This document shows positions 9,045 to 17,531 of a stretch of DNA of 32,000 bases, in pieces. The translations under genes and the position numbers were made by a program. The stretch comes from Geotalea uraniireducens Rf4 (lineage in GTDB: Bacteria; Desulfobacterota; Desulfuromonadia; Geobacterales; Geobacteraceae): positions 1,950,001 to 1,982,000 of the forward strand of contig NC_009483.1 of the NCBI RefSeq assembly GCF_000016745.1, given 5' to 3'. Below the pieces are notes generated by a model that was not told the origin of the DNA, searched no databases, and was given only the letters and a program-made list of their open reading frames with translations. The first letter of the stretch is position 1. The number at the start of each line of letters is the position of its first letter.

Positions 9045-10247
9045 ATGAAGAGTAATATTTTACATATTCTCCCCTCCTTCGGCCCGAAATCTTTTGGGAT
9101 TGGTCCGGTTGCTCTGAATTTGCTTCGGGAGCAACGCGAACTCGGTTTTGACGCCAGAATATGGTGTCTGGATCTGGATAACGAAGCGGATCTCCGATGG
9201 GACGTTTTCTCGCGTGAATTACCAGACACTTCTATTCAAATATTCCCACGCTCTTGGCCTACTCTTTTTCGCTATAGCCTTGCCATGGAAAGGGCGGTAT
9301 CCAGTGATACCGGCCGAAATATATCAATAGTTCATCAGCATGGTATCTGGTCCGGCATTTCCCGAACTACCAATATTATGCGGCAACGCTATGGGACCCC
9401 TACTATAGTCGCCCCACACGGCTCTATTGAGGGATGGGCGCTTAATAAGTCATGGTGGAAAAAGCGACTTGCTCTTGCTTTTTATGAACGAAAAAATCTT
9501 CAGTCTGCGTCCTGTCTCCATGCCTGTTCGCATCAGGAGGTTGCCGGTTTTCGAGAGTTCGGTCTTTCAAACCCCGTAGCAGTTATCCCCAATGGTATAA
9601 GCATGTCATGGTTGAAAAGCGAAGGTAACGGCATAGCATTCCGACGACAGTTCGGTATTCCTGAATCAAAACGGATTCTTCTCTATTTATCTCGGATTAC
9701 CCCAGTCAAGGGGCTTCCGATGCTTATACAGGCTATTGGTTCTATGAAACAGCAGATGACGGACTGGGTATTGGTGCTTGCCGGGGCAGACGAGTTCGGG
9801 CATTTGAAAGAAATACAACAGGCTGTGTTAAATGCCGACTTGCAACATTCTGTGATGTTTACAGGAATGCTCATGGGACAGATAAAAAGAGATGCATTTT
9901 CTGCTGCTGATCTGCTTGTCCTTCCTACGTTTCGAGAGAATTTTGGTATAGTTGTGGCGGAGGCTCTGGGTGCAGGTGTGCCTGTCATAACCACGAATGG
10001 TGCTCCATGGGAAGACTTGGTCACCCACGGCTGTGGCTGGTGGACGGAAATTTCGGCTGATGCACTTGCAGTAGCATTGAAGGCTGCCTTTTCCAAGACA
10101 TCGAAGGAACTGAAAACCATGGGTGAACGTGGTCGAGAACTGGTTTCAACTAGATACACTTGGACTATATCAGCACAGATGACTATTGAACTGTACGAGT
10201 GGCTTCTTGGGCACAAAGAGAAGCCAATGTTTCTGGTTACTGATTAA
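9045..10247 (+). CDS. Family 4 glycosyltransferase
   Basis: MKSNILHILPSFGPKSFGIGPVALNL start, then RITPVKGL, LPTFRENFGIVVAEALGAGVPVITTNGAPW (E-x7-E). The ORF track start at 8895 adds 50 residues with no GT-like character. Confidence 0.8.
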   Translation: MKSNILHILPSFGPKSFGIGPVALNLLREQRELGFDARIWCLDLDNEADLRWDVFSRELPDTSIQIFPRSWPTLFRYSLAMERAVSSDTGRNISIVHQHGIWSGISRTTNIMRQRYGTPTIVAPHGSIEGWALNKSWWKKRLALAFYERKNLQSASCLHACSHQEVAGFREFGLSNPVAVIPNGISMSWLKSEGNGIAFRRQFGIPESKRILLYLSRITPVKGLPMLIQAIGSMKQQMTDWVLVLAGADEFGHLKEIQQAVLNADLQHSVMFTGMLMGQIKRDAFSAADLLVLPTFRENFGIVVAEALGAGVPVITTNGAPWEDLVTHGCGWWTEISADALAVALKAAFSKTSKELKTMGERGRELVSTRYTWTISAQMTIELYEWLLGHKEKPMFLVTD

Positions 10248-10449
10248 TCGTAATATTGTTTACTACGGGGAGTTATCATAAATTCAGTAATTTAAGGCAC
10301 CAGGTTTATTGTTTCAAAGCCTGATAAACAACTGTGCGTTGACTCATAATAAAAGGTAACCGAAAGGTGGGTATCGTTGCCTCAAGATTGCGGTAACCGA
10401 AGCGTTGTATGATATTCCAAGTTGTAATATACGCACATAAGGTGCAGTC

Positions 10450-11595
10450 ATGTCCGGCATAGTTATCGGCATTGACGCCTCTCGCAATCGATCTGGTGGC
10501 GCGATAGATCATATTATCGGTATTCTATGCGAGGGGGATCCGCTTGCGTACGGTGTTCGTAAGATACACATCTGGTCGTACAAGCACCTTCTTGATAAGC
10601 TGCCTGATGTGGCATGGCTTGTTAAGCATAACCCATCTGAGTTGGAGCTATCGTTATTTAGGCAAGTTTGGTGGCAGTATTTCCATTTACCGGGAGAACT
10701 GCGCAAACATGAATGCGATATCCTATTCGCTTCTGATGCTGGCACAGTTTGTTTATATCGTCCAATGGTAGTCTTCAGTCAAGATGCTTTGTCTTACGAG
10801 CCAGGGGTTATGAAGCATTTCGGTTTCACGTTGGCACGATTACGGTTGGTATTGTTATATTTTGTTCAAAATAGGTCAATGAGGTCTGCAAATGGAGTGA
10901 TTTATCTCACGAAATATGCGGCAGATCTGATTCAGCGTTCCACTGGTAAGTTAAAGCGGATTGCCATAATAGCGCACGGCATAGACAAAACATTCAGTCA
11001 ACTAAACCCACAAAGACCATGGCCGGAAAGTAGTGATCAACCTATTCGCTGTATATATGTTTCTAATGCGGAGATGTACAAGAATCAGTGGGTGGTTGTG
11101 AGAGCGGTGAAGAAACTTCGCGACCGTGGATTTAATATTGAACTACTGTTAGTCGGTGGAGGTGCGGGCCCTGCACAGCGATTGCTTGATGATGAAATCA
11201 CCTTTTCAGACCCTGGTGGTTCATTTGTTAAATCAGTCGGATTTGTGCGTCATGAAGAGTTGCCATATCTTATTGCTTCGTCGAATGTTTTCATTTTTGC
11301 CTCAAGTTGTGAAACTATATCAATTACTCTCATGGAAGGCATGTCTGTGGGGCTGCCTATTGCCTGCTCCGATAAGGGACCCATGCCCGAGGTGCTTGGA
11401 GACGGTGGGGTTTATTTTGATCCCAAAGACGCAGATTCTATTGCTGCGGCCCTAGAAGATATCATTGTTAACCCAGACCTGCGTGTATCCATCGCCAAAC
11501 GAGCTAAAGAGTTATCGAAGCAGTACACCTGGGAAAGGTGTTCCGCTGAAACATGGAGATTTCTCAGTGACTGTGCTGTAAACAAGGTGACTTGA
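10450..11595 (+). CDS. Family 4 glycosyltransferase (paralogue of 2899-4056)
   Basis: FIFASSCETISITLMEGMSVGLPIACSDKGPMPEVLGDGGVYFDPKD and YTWERCSAETWRFLS parallel the same blocks in 2899-4056. AAGGTG RBS. Confidence 0.8.
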   Translation: MSGIVIGIDASRNRSGGAIDHIIGILCEGDPLAYGVRKIHIWSYKHLLDKLPDVAWLVKHNPSELELSLFRQVWWQYFHLPGELRKHECDILFASDAGTVCLYRPMVVFSQDALSYEPGVMKHFGFTLARLRLVLLYFVQNRSMRSANGVIYLTKYAADLIQRSTGKLKRIAIIAHGIDKTFSQLNPQRPWPESSDQPIRCIYVSNAEMYKNQWVVVRAVKKLRDRGFNIELLLVGGGAGPAQRLLDDEITFSDPGGSFVKSVGFVRHEELPYLIASSNVFIFASSCETISITLMEGMSVGLPIACSDKGPMPEVLGDGGVYFDPKDADSIAAALEDIIVNPDLRVSIAKRAKELSKQYTWERCSAETWRFLSDCAVNKVT

Positions 11596-11614
11596 GAGCT
11601 ATTGGAGGGGAAAT

Positions 11615-12757
11615 ATGAGCACTCGACAATATAAAATCTGCACTAATTGTATTATGGATACAAGCGATCCTCGCATAACGTTTGATGAGCGTGGCTGGTG
11701 TGACTATTGTAATAATTTCCACAACAATATCCTTCCTAACTGGCATCCTGATGTCCAGGGAGAAGCAGAACTGATGAAGGTCGCGGCCCAGATACGCAAA
11801 GATGGCGAGGGGAGAGATTTTGACTGTATCATTGGCTTAAGTGGCGGTCTTGATAGTTCCTACTGTACCTACATAGCAAAAGAGAAAATGGGGCTACGCC
11901 CCTTATTGTTTCATGTCGATGCTGGCTGGAATACAGATCAAGCTGTTGGTAACATTGAAAAGCTGGTTGATGGTTTAGGTCTGGACCTGTACACAGAGGT
12001 TATTTATTGGGAAGAGATGAAGGATCTTCAAGTTGCTTTGCTTAAGTCTCAGATAGCGGATCAGGATATCCCACAAGACACGGCTTTCTTTTCCATGCTC
12101 TACAAATTTGCCAGGCAGCATAAAATTAAATATGTGCTTACTGGTGGAAACTACTCAACTGAATGTTGTCGTGAACCCGAAGAGTGGGGGGCTTATCCAG
12201 GTATCGACAAGACCTTAATTAACGATATTCACTCCATGTTTGGAAAGTTGCCGTTAACAACATTCCCTATCGTTGATATTTTCGCCTACAAGATTTACTA
12301 CAAATATGTTTTTGGAATGGAAGTTTTCAGACCACTCAACTATGTGCCGTACGTAAAGCGAGATGCGGAGAAAAAACTTGGTGAACTTTTTGGGTGGGAG
12401 CCGTTTCTACATAAACACCATGAATCGCGTTTTACCCGTTTTTATGAAGATTACTGGATGCCACGTAAATTTGGCTATGAAAAACGCCGTGCCCATCTTT
12501 CCAGCTTGATTATGACCGGGCAAATGACAAGGCAAGAAGCACTTGAGAGAATTGCCAAGCCTGAGCTTGATGAACATTTCCTGCAGCGCGAGTTTGAGTA
12601 TGTTGCGCATAAACTGGATTTGTCCGTTGATGAACTGCAACAGATTTTCGATGGCGAAAACAAGACCTATCATGAATATAAAAATAAAAGATTTTTAATA
12701 GGACTCGGATCAAAGGCAATGACCATGCTGGGACTCGAGAAAAGGTTGTTCAGATGA
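11615..12757 (+). CDS. wbuX: N-acetyl sugar amidotransferase (PP-loop ATPase; WbuX/WbpG/LfnA/PseA type)
   Basis: N-terminal CTNCIMDTSDPRITFDERGWCDYCNNF zinc-ribbon followed by the GLSGGLDSSY PP-loop. It is immediately followed by HisH- and HisF-like genes, the canonical trio. GGAGG RBS. Confidence 0.85.
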   Translation: MSTRQYKICTNCIMDTSDPRITFDERGWCDYCNNFHNNILPNWHPDVQGEAELMKVAAQIRKDGEGRDFDCIIGLSGGLDSSYCTYIAKEKMGLRPLLFHVDAGWNTDQAVGNIEKLVDGLGLDLYTEVIYWEEMKDLQVALLKSQIADQDIPQDTAFFSMLYKFARQHKIKYVLTGGNYSTECCREPEEWGAYPGIDKTLINDIHSMFGKLPLTTFPIVDIFAYKIYYKYVFGMEVFRPLNYVPYVKRDAEKKLGELFGWEPFLHKHHESRFTRFYEDYWMPRKFGYEKRRAHLSSLIMTGQMTRQEALERIAKPELDEHFLQREFEYVAHKLDLSVDELQQIFDGENKTYHEYKNKRFLIGLGSKAMTMLGLEKRLFR

Positions 12758-13368
12758 TTGCAATTATTGATTACGGTTTGGGTAATATCCAGGCATTTGT
12801 GAATGTTTACAACCGTCTTGGTATTCCTACCGCCGTCGCAAAGACTACATATGAACTGGAAACTGCGAATAAATTGATTTTGCCTGGAGTGGGGGCCTTT
12901 GACCATGCCATGGTGTTACTTGATGCCTCCGGCATGAGGCAGGCACTGGACCATTTGGTTCTCAGCAAGAAGGTGCCAATACTTGGCATTTGTGTAGGTA
13001 TGCAGATTTTTGCCAAATCAAGTGAGGAAGGAAAGTTGGATGGATTGGGTTGGATTCCTGGCCGTGTAAGAGCATTCAAATCTGTGCCTGGCGCTACTGA
13101 TTTACCTTTGCCGCATATGGGTTGGAATGATGTCCACGTAACTGGTGAACATAAGTTGTTTAAAGGACTTGAAGAAGAGACTCGCTTTTACTTTTTACAT
13201 TCATATTTCTTTGAGAGTTTGCATCAGGACTCTGTCATTGCAGCCGCTTCTTACGGCATTGATTTTTGCTGCGCTGTACAGTCTGGCAATGTGTATGGGG
13301 TGCAATTCCACCCTGAAAAAAGCCACCACTTTGGTACTGATCTGCTAAAGAATTTCGCGGAGTTATGA
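12754..13368 (+). CDS. hisH: HisH-like glutamine amidotransferase subunit (WbuY-type paralogue, not histidine biosynthesis)
   Basis: IAIIDYGLGNIQAF, the GICVGMQ nucleophile elbow, and FHPEKS. ATGA start/stop overlap with wbuX. Confidence 0.9.
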   Translation: MIAIIDYGLGNIQAFVNVYNRLGIPTAVAKTTYELETANKLILPGVGAFDHAMVLLDASGMRQALDHLVLSKKVPILGICVGMQIFAKSSEEGKLDGLGWIPGRVRAFKSVPGATDLPLPHMGWNDVHVTGEHKLFKGLEEETRFYFLHSYFFESLHQDSVIAAASYGIDFCCAVQSGNVYGVQFHPEKSHHFGTDLLKNFAEL

Positions 13369-13371
13369 GAG

Positions 13372-14151
13372 ATGTTAAGACCCAGAATCATACCATGCCT
13401 GTTGATTCACAAAAACGGGCTTGTGAAGACGGTTAATTTCAAATCACCTAAATATGTGGGTGACCCAATCAACGCGGTCAAAATTTTCAATGAGAAGGAG
13501 TCGGATGAGCTGATTGTTTTGGACATTGACGCCACAGTCAATAACGTTGAGCCAAACTATAAAATGATTGCAAATTTGGCAGCTGAGTGCCGGATGCCTC
13601 TTTGTTACGGCGGCGGTATACGCACTGCCGTGCAAGCAAAAAGGATCATAGGCCTTGGAGTTGAAAAAGTAGCCATAAGTACAGCAGCCGTAGAGACCCC
13701 GCATCTGGTTACTCAAATTTCAGAAGAAATTGGCCGCCAAAGTGTTGTGGTTGTTCTGGATGCCAAAAAACGTCTGCTAAGCAAGGACTATGATGTTTAC
13801 ACACATAACGGTATAAAAAAATCAAAGCATAGCGTATTTGAGATAGTGTCTCAGATCGAAGCGTTGGGCGCTGGTGAAATTGTCATCAATTCAATTGATA
13901 ACGACGGGCAAATGAAGGGTTATGATCTTGAATTGGCTAGACAAATTAAGAAAATGGCACATATTCCCGTTACTATTTTAGGTGGGGCCGGGTCGCTGAA
14001 AGACATCGGCGACTTGATCCGTAATTGTGGCACAATTGGTGCCGCTGCAGGTAGCTTGTTCGTGTTTAAGGGCGTGTATAGGGCTGTGTTGATAAATTAT
14101 CCCAAGCAAGCTGAAAAGGATGATCTTATCCGCGCCAACTATCCGTTTTAA
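13372..14151 (+). CDS. hisF: HisF-like cyclase subunit (WbuZ/AglZ/HisF2-type acetamidino modification protein)
   Basis: RIIPCLLIHKNGLVKTVNF...DELIVLDIDA...GGGIRT...GADKV-like (GVEKVAI)...NSIDNDGQMKGYD...GGAGS. TIM-barrel HisF pattern; third member of the trio. Confidence 0.9.
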   Translation: MLRPRIIPCLLIHKNGLVKTVNFKSPKYVGDPINAVKIFNEKESDELIVLDIDATVNNVEPNYKMIANLAAECRMPLCYGGGIRTAVQAKRIIGLGVEKVAISTAAVETPHLVTQISEEIGRQSVVVVLDAKKRLLSKDYDVYTHNGIKKSKHSVFEIVSQIEALGAGEIVINSIDNDGQMKGYDLELARQIKKMAHIPVTILGGAGSLKDIGDLIRNCGTIGAAAGSLFVFKGVYRAVLINYPKQAEKDDLIRANYPF

Positions 14152-14173
14152 TAACATTGTACTTAGAGGTATT

Positions 14174-15364
14174 ATGAAGACAGTTCTGATTACCGGTTCT
14201 AATGGCTTTGTCGGCAGAAACCTGACCGTCTCTCTTACGCAGCGTAAGAATGTAAAGGTTACCGGCTTCGATGTCGATGACGATCAGACTGTATTGTCAT
14301 CCTTGGTGGCGGGGGCAGACTTTATCTTTCACCTTGCGGGGGTCAATCGTCCGCAGAACGTCGAAGAGTTCACCACAGGGAATACCGGACTGACGCAGAC
14401 GATTGTTTCACTCCTGCAAAAACAGGGTAAAAAGACACCGCTGGTGATCTCCTCTTCTTCCCAGGCGGCACAGGACAACCCTTACGGCATCAGCAAGCGG
14501 GATGCCGAAGATGCCGTCTTCGCCTACGGCCGTCAGACTGGGGCACCGGTATATGTCTACCGCCTGCCGAATGTCTTCGGCAAGTGGTGCCGCCCCAATT
14601 ACAACAGCGCCGTCGCCACGTTCTGCAACAACATCGCCAACGATCTGCCGATCCAGATTAATGATCCGAACATGGTGATGAACCTGGTGTTTATCGACGA
14701 CGTGGTGAATTCGTTCATTGCTGCCCTGGACGGCAGCGTGGCGGTGCAGGATGACTTCTGCCAGGTGCAGCCGGTTCATACAGCCAGGCTCGGTGAGATT
14801 GCCGCGCTGATCCACTCGTTCAGGGAGAGCCGCGAAGATAGAAGCATCCCCGACATCTCTGACCCGTTCACCAAAAAGCTCTACAGCACCTACCTCAGTT
14901 ATCTTCCTGTTGGTCAGTTCAGCTATCCGCTGAAGATGAACGTGGACGAGCGGGGGTCGTTCACCGAGTTCATCAAGACACCCGACCGGGGGCAGGTTTC
15001 GGTGAACATCTCAAAGCCGAGTATCGCCAAGGGGAATCACTGGCACCACACCAAGAATGAAAAGTTTTTGGTGGTGAGCGGGGAGGGCGTAATTCGCTTC
15101 CGGAAAGTCGGCAGCGAAGAGATTATCGAGTATAATGTTTCCGGCGAAAAGCTGGAGGTAGTCGACATTCCGACCGGCTATACTCACAGTATCACCAATA
15201 CCGGCGAAACCGATATGGTCACGGTCATGTGGTGTAACGAGATGTACGACCCGGAAAAACCGGATACGTTTTTCGAACCGGTAAACCTGTATTTAACAGG
15301 GATGAAGGGGATACAAGGGATAACGGCAAAAAACAAGACAAAGACTCTTGGTTTAAATTCATAA
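14174..15364 (+). CDS. fnlB: FnlB/CapF-like bifunctional SDR + cupin enzyme (UDP-L-FucNAc pathway reductase/epimerase)
   Basis: N-terminal MKTVLITGSNGFVGRNL SDR domain plus C-terminal cupin (GNHWHHTKNEKFLVVSGEGVIRF...GYTHSITNTG), the CapF/FnlB architecture. The last ~26 codons ([26 protein letters not shown]) are read from repeat element copy 1. The ORF track start at 14120 overlaps wbuZ; ATG 14174 has an AGAGG RBS. Confidence 0.8.
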   Translation: MKTVLITGSNGFVGRNLTVSLTQRKNVKVTGFDVDDDQTVLSSLVAGADFIFHLAGVNRPQNVEEFTTGNTGLTQTIVSLLQKQGKKTPLVISSSSQAAQDNPYGISKRDAEDAVFAYGRQTGAPVYVYRLPNVFGKWCRPNYNSAVATFCNNIANDLPIQINDPNMVMNLVFIDDVVNSFIAALDGSVAVQDDFCQVQPVHTARLGEIAALIHSFRESREDRSIPDISDPFTKKLYSTYLSYLPVGQFSYPLKMNVDERGSFTEFIKTPDRGQVSVNISKPSIAKGNHWHHTKNEKFLVVSGEGVIRFRKVGSEEIIEYNVSGEKLEVVDIPTGYTHSITNTGETDMVTVMWCNEMYDPEKPDTFFEPVNLYLTGMKGIQGITAKNKTKTLGLNS

Positions 15365-15412
15365 AATGATAAGTCTTTATGCTTTATGGGGTTATATCCC
15401 CTTAATCCCTGT
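15296..15412. repeat. MITE/REP-like hairpin element, copy 1 (GGGAT-nonamer arms)
   Basis: Left arm ACAGGGATGAAGGGGATACAAGGGATAAC, right arm GTTATATCCCCTTAATCCCTGT, with a ~65-nt centre. Complementarity extends outward (CCTGTATTTA / TAAATAAAGG, 15286-15421). Confidence 0.85.
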
Positions 15413-15429
15413 AAATAAAGGGTTCGCTT

Positions 15430-15798
15430 ATGATTCATGAAGAACTCACCGAGAAAATTCTTAAAGCCTGTTTCGAAGTCAGCAATGAACTTGGTTGCGG
15501 ATTTCTTGAGTCAGTCTATCTAAAAGCCCTGTTGATCGCTCTCGCGCAAACAGGTCTGAGAGCTCAGGCACAGACACCACTGACAGTTATGTTTCGCGGT
15601 CAACCGGTCGGAGATTTCTTTCCGGATATTATTGTTGAAGACACAATATTGCTAGAGTTGAAAGCGGTAAAAGCGCTTGCGCCGGAACATCTTGCCCAGG
15701 TTATGAATTACCTGAAAGCAACTGGAATTGAGGTTGGATTTTTAATCAACTTCGGGACACCCAAACTTGAATACCGCCGCTTCGGCAATCGGTTTTAG
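15430..15798 (+). CDS. GxxExxY protein (PD-(D/E)XK nuclease-fold family)
   Basis: 122 aa. GFLESVY matches GxxExxY at residues 24-30. DIIVEDTILLELK gives a D...E-x-K core. Size is typical of the family. Confidence 0.85.
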   Translation: MIHEELTEKILKACFEVSNELGCGFLESVYLKALLIALAQTGLRAQAQTPLTVMFRGQPVGDFFPDIIVEDTILLELKAVKALAPEHLAQVMNYLKATGIEVGFLINFGTPKLEYRRFGNRF

Positions 15799-15825
15799 CA
15801 ACAGCACAAAAGTAAAGGCAACTTA

Positions 15826-15947
15826 ACAGGGATGAAGGGGATGCAGGGGATAACGGCAAAAACAATAGATGCAAGCTTTTGGGGTTAAACCAAAAAGAAG
15901 TTTCTGTGGTTTTAAGATTTCATCCCCTTTATCCCTTTCATCCCTGT
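15826..15947. repeat. MITE/REP-like hairpin element, copy 2
   Basis: ACAGGGATGAAGGGGATGCAGGGGATAAC ... ATCCCCTTTATCCCTTTCATCCCTGT. The centre differs from copies 1 and 3. Confidence 0.85.
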
Positions 15948-16007
15948 GAGATAAAGGTTTTTGCAGTAGTTTTCATGCGTGAATATTAGTGGCTGATAGA
16001 GGTGATT

Positions 16008-16145
16008 ATGAAAAAACTGAAAGTAGTAACAGTAGTCGGTACCCGGCCGGAGATTATCCGCCTCTCCCGTGTGCTTCCCAAGCTGGATCAGTACATGGAG
16101 CACATCCTTGTCCATACCGGCCAGAACTACGACACCCAAACTTGA
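16008..16145 (+). pseudogene. Truncated 5' fragment of a UDP-GlcNAc 2-epimerase (fnlC) gene, joined to the duplicated GxxExxY 3' end
   Basis: Encodes [42 protein letters not shown], then TQT-stop after the junction at 16133/16134. The first 42 codons match the start of the intact gene at 16399 with 10 nt differences. Confidence 0.75.
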
Positions 16146-16203
16146 ATACCGCCGCTTCGGCAATCGGTTTTAGCAACAGCAGCATAAAAGCAAAGGCAAT
16201 TTA

Positions 16204-16329
16204 ACAGGGATGAAGGGGATACAAGGGATACAGGCAAAAACCAAAGACTGTATACTTTTGGGTTAACCAGAGAAGTTCATATTGTTTCTGCTTTTCGAGT
16301 TTTATCCCCTTAATCCCCTTCATCCCTGT
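16204..16329. repeat. MITE/REP-like hairpin element, copy 3
   Basis: ACAGGGATGAAGGGGATACAAGGGATACAGGC ... TTATCCCCTTAATCCCCTTCATCCCTGT. Confidence 0.85.
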
Positions 16330-16398
16330 GAGATAAAGGTTTTTGCAGTAGTTTTAATTCGTGAATATTCATGCCATTCGTGGCTGATTGAGGTGTAT

Positions 16399-17529
16399 AT
16401 GAAAAAACTGAAAGTCATGACTGTAGTGGGAACGAGGCCGGAGATTATCCGCCTCTCCTGTGTGCTTCCCAAGCTGGATCAGTACATGGAGCACATACTT
16501 GTCCATACCGGCCAGAACTACGACTACGAGTTGAACGAGATTTTCTTCACCGATCTGGGTATTCGCCAACCGGACCATTTCCTGGGTGCTGCCGGGGCAA
16601 CCGCAGCGGAGACCATCGGCCAGATTATCATCAAGATCGATCCGCTGCTAGCTGAGGTCAAGCCTGAAGCGTTGCTGGTACTGGGTGACACCAACAGCTG
16701 TCTTGCCGTCATTCCTGCCAAGCGGCGCAAGATTCCCATATTCCACATGGAGGCGGGGAACCGCTGCTTCGACCAGCGGGTGCCGGAAGAGACCAACCGC
16801 AAGATTGTGGATCATACGAGCGACATCAACCTGACCTACAGCGACATCGCCCGCGAATACCTGTTGCGGGAGGGACTCTCCCCAGACCGGGTGATCAAGA
16901 CCGGCTCCCCCATGTTTGAAGTGCTGACCCACTACCGGGAGAAGATCGACAGTTCCGACGTGCTGCAAAAACTTGTACTGGAGGAACAAGGATATTTCGT
17001 GGTCAGTGCCCACCGGGAGGAAAACGTCGATTCCGAGGTTAATTTCAGGAAGATGGTGACCATTTTGAACAGCATCGCGGAAACATACGGCAAGCGGATA
17101 ATCGTCTCCACCCATCCCCGTACTCGCAAGCGGGTGGAAAGCCTTGGGGTGATCTTTCATGAAAAGGTCGAGCTTCTGAAGCCCCTTGGTTTCAGTGATT
17201 ACGTCCACCTCCAGCAGCATTCTTTCGCGGTTCTCTCCGATAGCGGCACGATTACCGAGGAGTCATCGATACTGAATTTCCCGGCGCTGAACATCCGCGA
17301 GGCCCATGAGCGACCGGAGGGAATGGAGGAGGCGAGCGTCATGATGACTGGCCTGGAGTTGGACCGCATCCATCAAGGGCTGGCGGTGCTTGCTGAACAG
17401 AGTAGGGGAGAGAACCGGTTACTGCGGCAGGTTACCGACTACTCCATGCCGAACGTTTCGGACAAGGTCGTGCGGATTATCATCAGCTACACGGATTATG
17501 TGAACCGGACGGTGTGGAAGAAATCCTGA
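16399..17529 (+). CDS. wecB: UDP-N-acetylglucosamine 2-epimerase, non-hydrolysing (WecB family; FnlC/Cap5G type by context)
   Basis: [20 protein letters not shown]...[15 protein letters not shown]...GDTNS...HMEAGNR...HRE EN...DSGT. 376 aa, the length expected for FnlC. The ORF track start at 16282 reads through repeat copy 3. Confidence 0.9.
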   Translation: MKKLKVMTVVGTRPEIIRLSCVLPKLDQYMEHILVHTGQNYDYELNEIFFTDLGIRQPDHFLGAAGATAAETIGQIIIKIDPLLAEVKPEALLVLGDTNSCLAVIPAKRRKIPIFHMEAGNRCFDQRVPEETNRKIVDHTSDINLTYSDIAREYLLREGLSPDRVIKTGSPMFEVLTHYREKIDSSDVLQKLVLEEQGYFVVSAHREENVDSEVNFRKMVTILNSIAETYGKRIIVSTHPRTRKRVESLGVIFHEKVELLKPLGFSDYVHLQQHSFAVLSDSGTITEESSILNFPALNIREAHERPEGMEEASVMMTGLELDRIHQGLAVLAEQSRGENRLLRQVTDYSMPNVSDKVVRIIISYTDYVNRTVWKKS

Positions 17530-17531
17530 CG

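Larger units (their letters stand above)
15756..16524. repeat. Diverged tandem duplication (unit ~375-394 bp): GxxExxY 3' end + hairpin element + fnlC 5' end
   Basis: gacacccaaacttgaataccgccgcttcggcaatcggttttagcaacagca occurs at 15756 and again at 16131. atgaaaaaactgaaagt...ggccagaactacgac occurs at 16008-16133 and again at 16399-16524. Confidence 0.9.

Noticed and set aside
15912-16204. ORFs 15912-16163 (-) and 15989-16204 (+) as real small genes
   Set aside because: They are read across the hairpin element and the duplicated fnlC fragment. Their only recognisable pieces are reverse or out-of-frame readings of those features.
15296-16329. CRISPR array, because a similar ~30-nt sequence recurs three times
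   Set aside because: Each occurrence is one arm of a self-complementary hairpin element. The intervals are 400-530 nt and contain genes, and there are no cas genes.
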